Below, in pieces: positions 62,926 to 64,000 of a stretch of 64,000 nucleotides of DNA (within the stretch, counting starts at the first letter, position 1; every line of letters starts with the position of its first letter). The stretch lies in assembly GCA_010909165.1 (NCBI GenBank), contig VJWM01000234.1, forward strand, positions 186,001 to 250,000, written 5' to 3'. This stretch comes from Anthoceros angustus. Its lineage: Eukaryota; Plantae; Anthocerotophyta. A model generated the notes under the pieces. The model was not told where the DNA came from, ran no database searches, and saw only the letters and a program-made list of their open reading frames with translations. The translations under genes and the position numbers were made by a program.

Positions 62926-63733
62926 ATGTGGAAGGCCTCCTATAAGAGGAGGAGGATTTCACAAAGTAAAGTATCATGTCTTGCCACATCGAGTCCTTTG
63001 CCATTACAGAGGAATTTACCGTGGAGCCAACAGTCTGCAGAGAGAGGAAGTCGGTGGTCTGAGTGTTGGTGGAGGACTTGCTCGCAAGTGCCTAAACGAG
63101 TTGCTCCCTTGTGAATGGTTGTGAAATTGCTTTGCTTTGGGTGTGTGGCAAATGCAGAACTCGGCTAGACTGGAAAGACTCGAGGGCTCACGTGTGTCAA
63201 ACTCATAGCAACCGCCCAAGGAAGAACTTGCTGGTGGAGGCCGACCTGTGCCAGCCAAGGGCAGCCAGAAGCCCGAACCCGAGGTTAGACTAGGAGGAAG
63301 AGGATGAGGAGATGAGAAGATGAGTAGAGGATTAGAGGTGTAGGTGTTAGTGGAAGGCCACAGAGCCTAAGGGACGAATCCCAACTGCAAGTAAAAGAGC
63401 GCCCCGAGTGGAGAAGAGTCTTAGAAGTAGGGACGAAATCGCGGTGACTGGGGTCCCCGGCCCGTGGTAGGCTCGCACGAGGCGTGACCCGAATTGTTTG
63501 TGTCGCTGTAGGTCGAGGTTGGCGATTTTTCAAGCAAGGCAAGTGGTGCAGGCCAAGAGGGAGAGTAGAGGCGCCTTGCTTGGAGAAGGCCGAGAATTGT
63601 GTGCAGTAGCGACGGTGCATCACAAGGCCTCGAACTTTCACACAAGTCTCATGGGACGAAACCCAACGACGGCGATGGGGATAAGTGTGGCCGCTTATAG
63701 TGGGAGGACTCGGGAGTGCCATTCCCTACCACA
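62926..63733 (+). repeat. LTR A copy (5'-truncated), followed by PBS-like tggcgctgtcggga at 63738-63751
   Basis: Aligns with both other LTR A copies; downstream 63755-63960 matches 60727-60960. Confidence 0.8.
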
Positions 63734-64000
63734 TTTTTGGCGCTGTCGGGACTTGTTGTTGAAAGGTTGAAGTTTTGTGGTTTCCATCGCTAGGTCAGAT
63801 GCTTGAGAAGGGACCGAGGGTCACCATAGGGTTGTGAGAAGAAGGAATTTCACCTAAGTTGTCATAGGGGTGAATGGTTGAGACACTAAAGTGATTTGCT
63901 TCCTTTAACATGGTGGGTTGGAGGACATGAGGATGGTTGCGGTAGGGGTCGATCTCGAGGGACGAAGGTCACCACCGCCACCGCAAGAGATTTACGAGCC

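Overview
This is eukaryotic, plant-type (streptophyte-like; lineage not determinable) repeat DNA made almost entirely of nested and fragmented LTR retrotransposons. I found no rRNA, tRNA or CRISPR array and no clearly intact host gene. Contents: (1) several Athila-like Ty3/gypsy fragments with an env-like/Transposase_32-type extra ORF, ~1 kb LTRs and a tRNA-Asp-type PBS. (2) A Ty3/gypsy pol (5750-8556) whose integrase ends in a canonical PHD finger, followed by an unexplained sense ORF. (3) A nest of three related Ty1/copia elements: Copia-1 (24836-45014, +) contains Copia-2 (26365-33046, -) just after its gag ATG and Copia-3 (38213-44771, -) inside its 3' LTR. (4) A Tnt1/Tork-like Copia-4 (51648-56457). 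The best candidate for an undescribed system is the architecture of the nested copia lineage. It carries a conserved sense ORF between PBS and gag (coiled-coil plus CxH..CxxC) in all three elements, and a homologous ~260-codon antisense ORF between pol and the 3' LTR in at least two. Copia-1 and Copia-2 also share overlapping leader hairpins, and their LTR ends are non-canonical. The nest interrupts a minus-strand locus with a possible ParB-like domain. Many frameshifts look like sequencing/consensus indel errors, so most ORF limits are approximate. All alignments were done by eye; no database searches were run.
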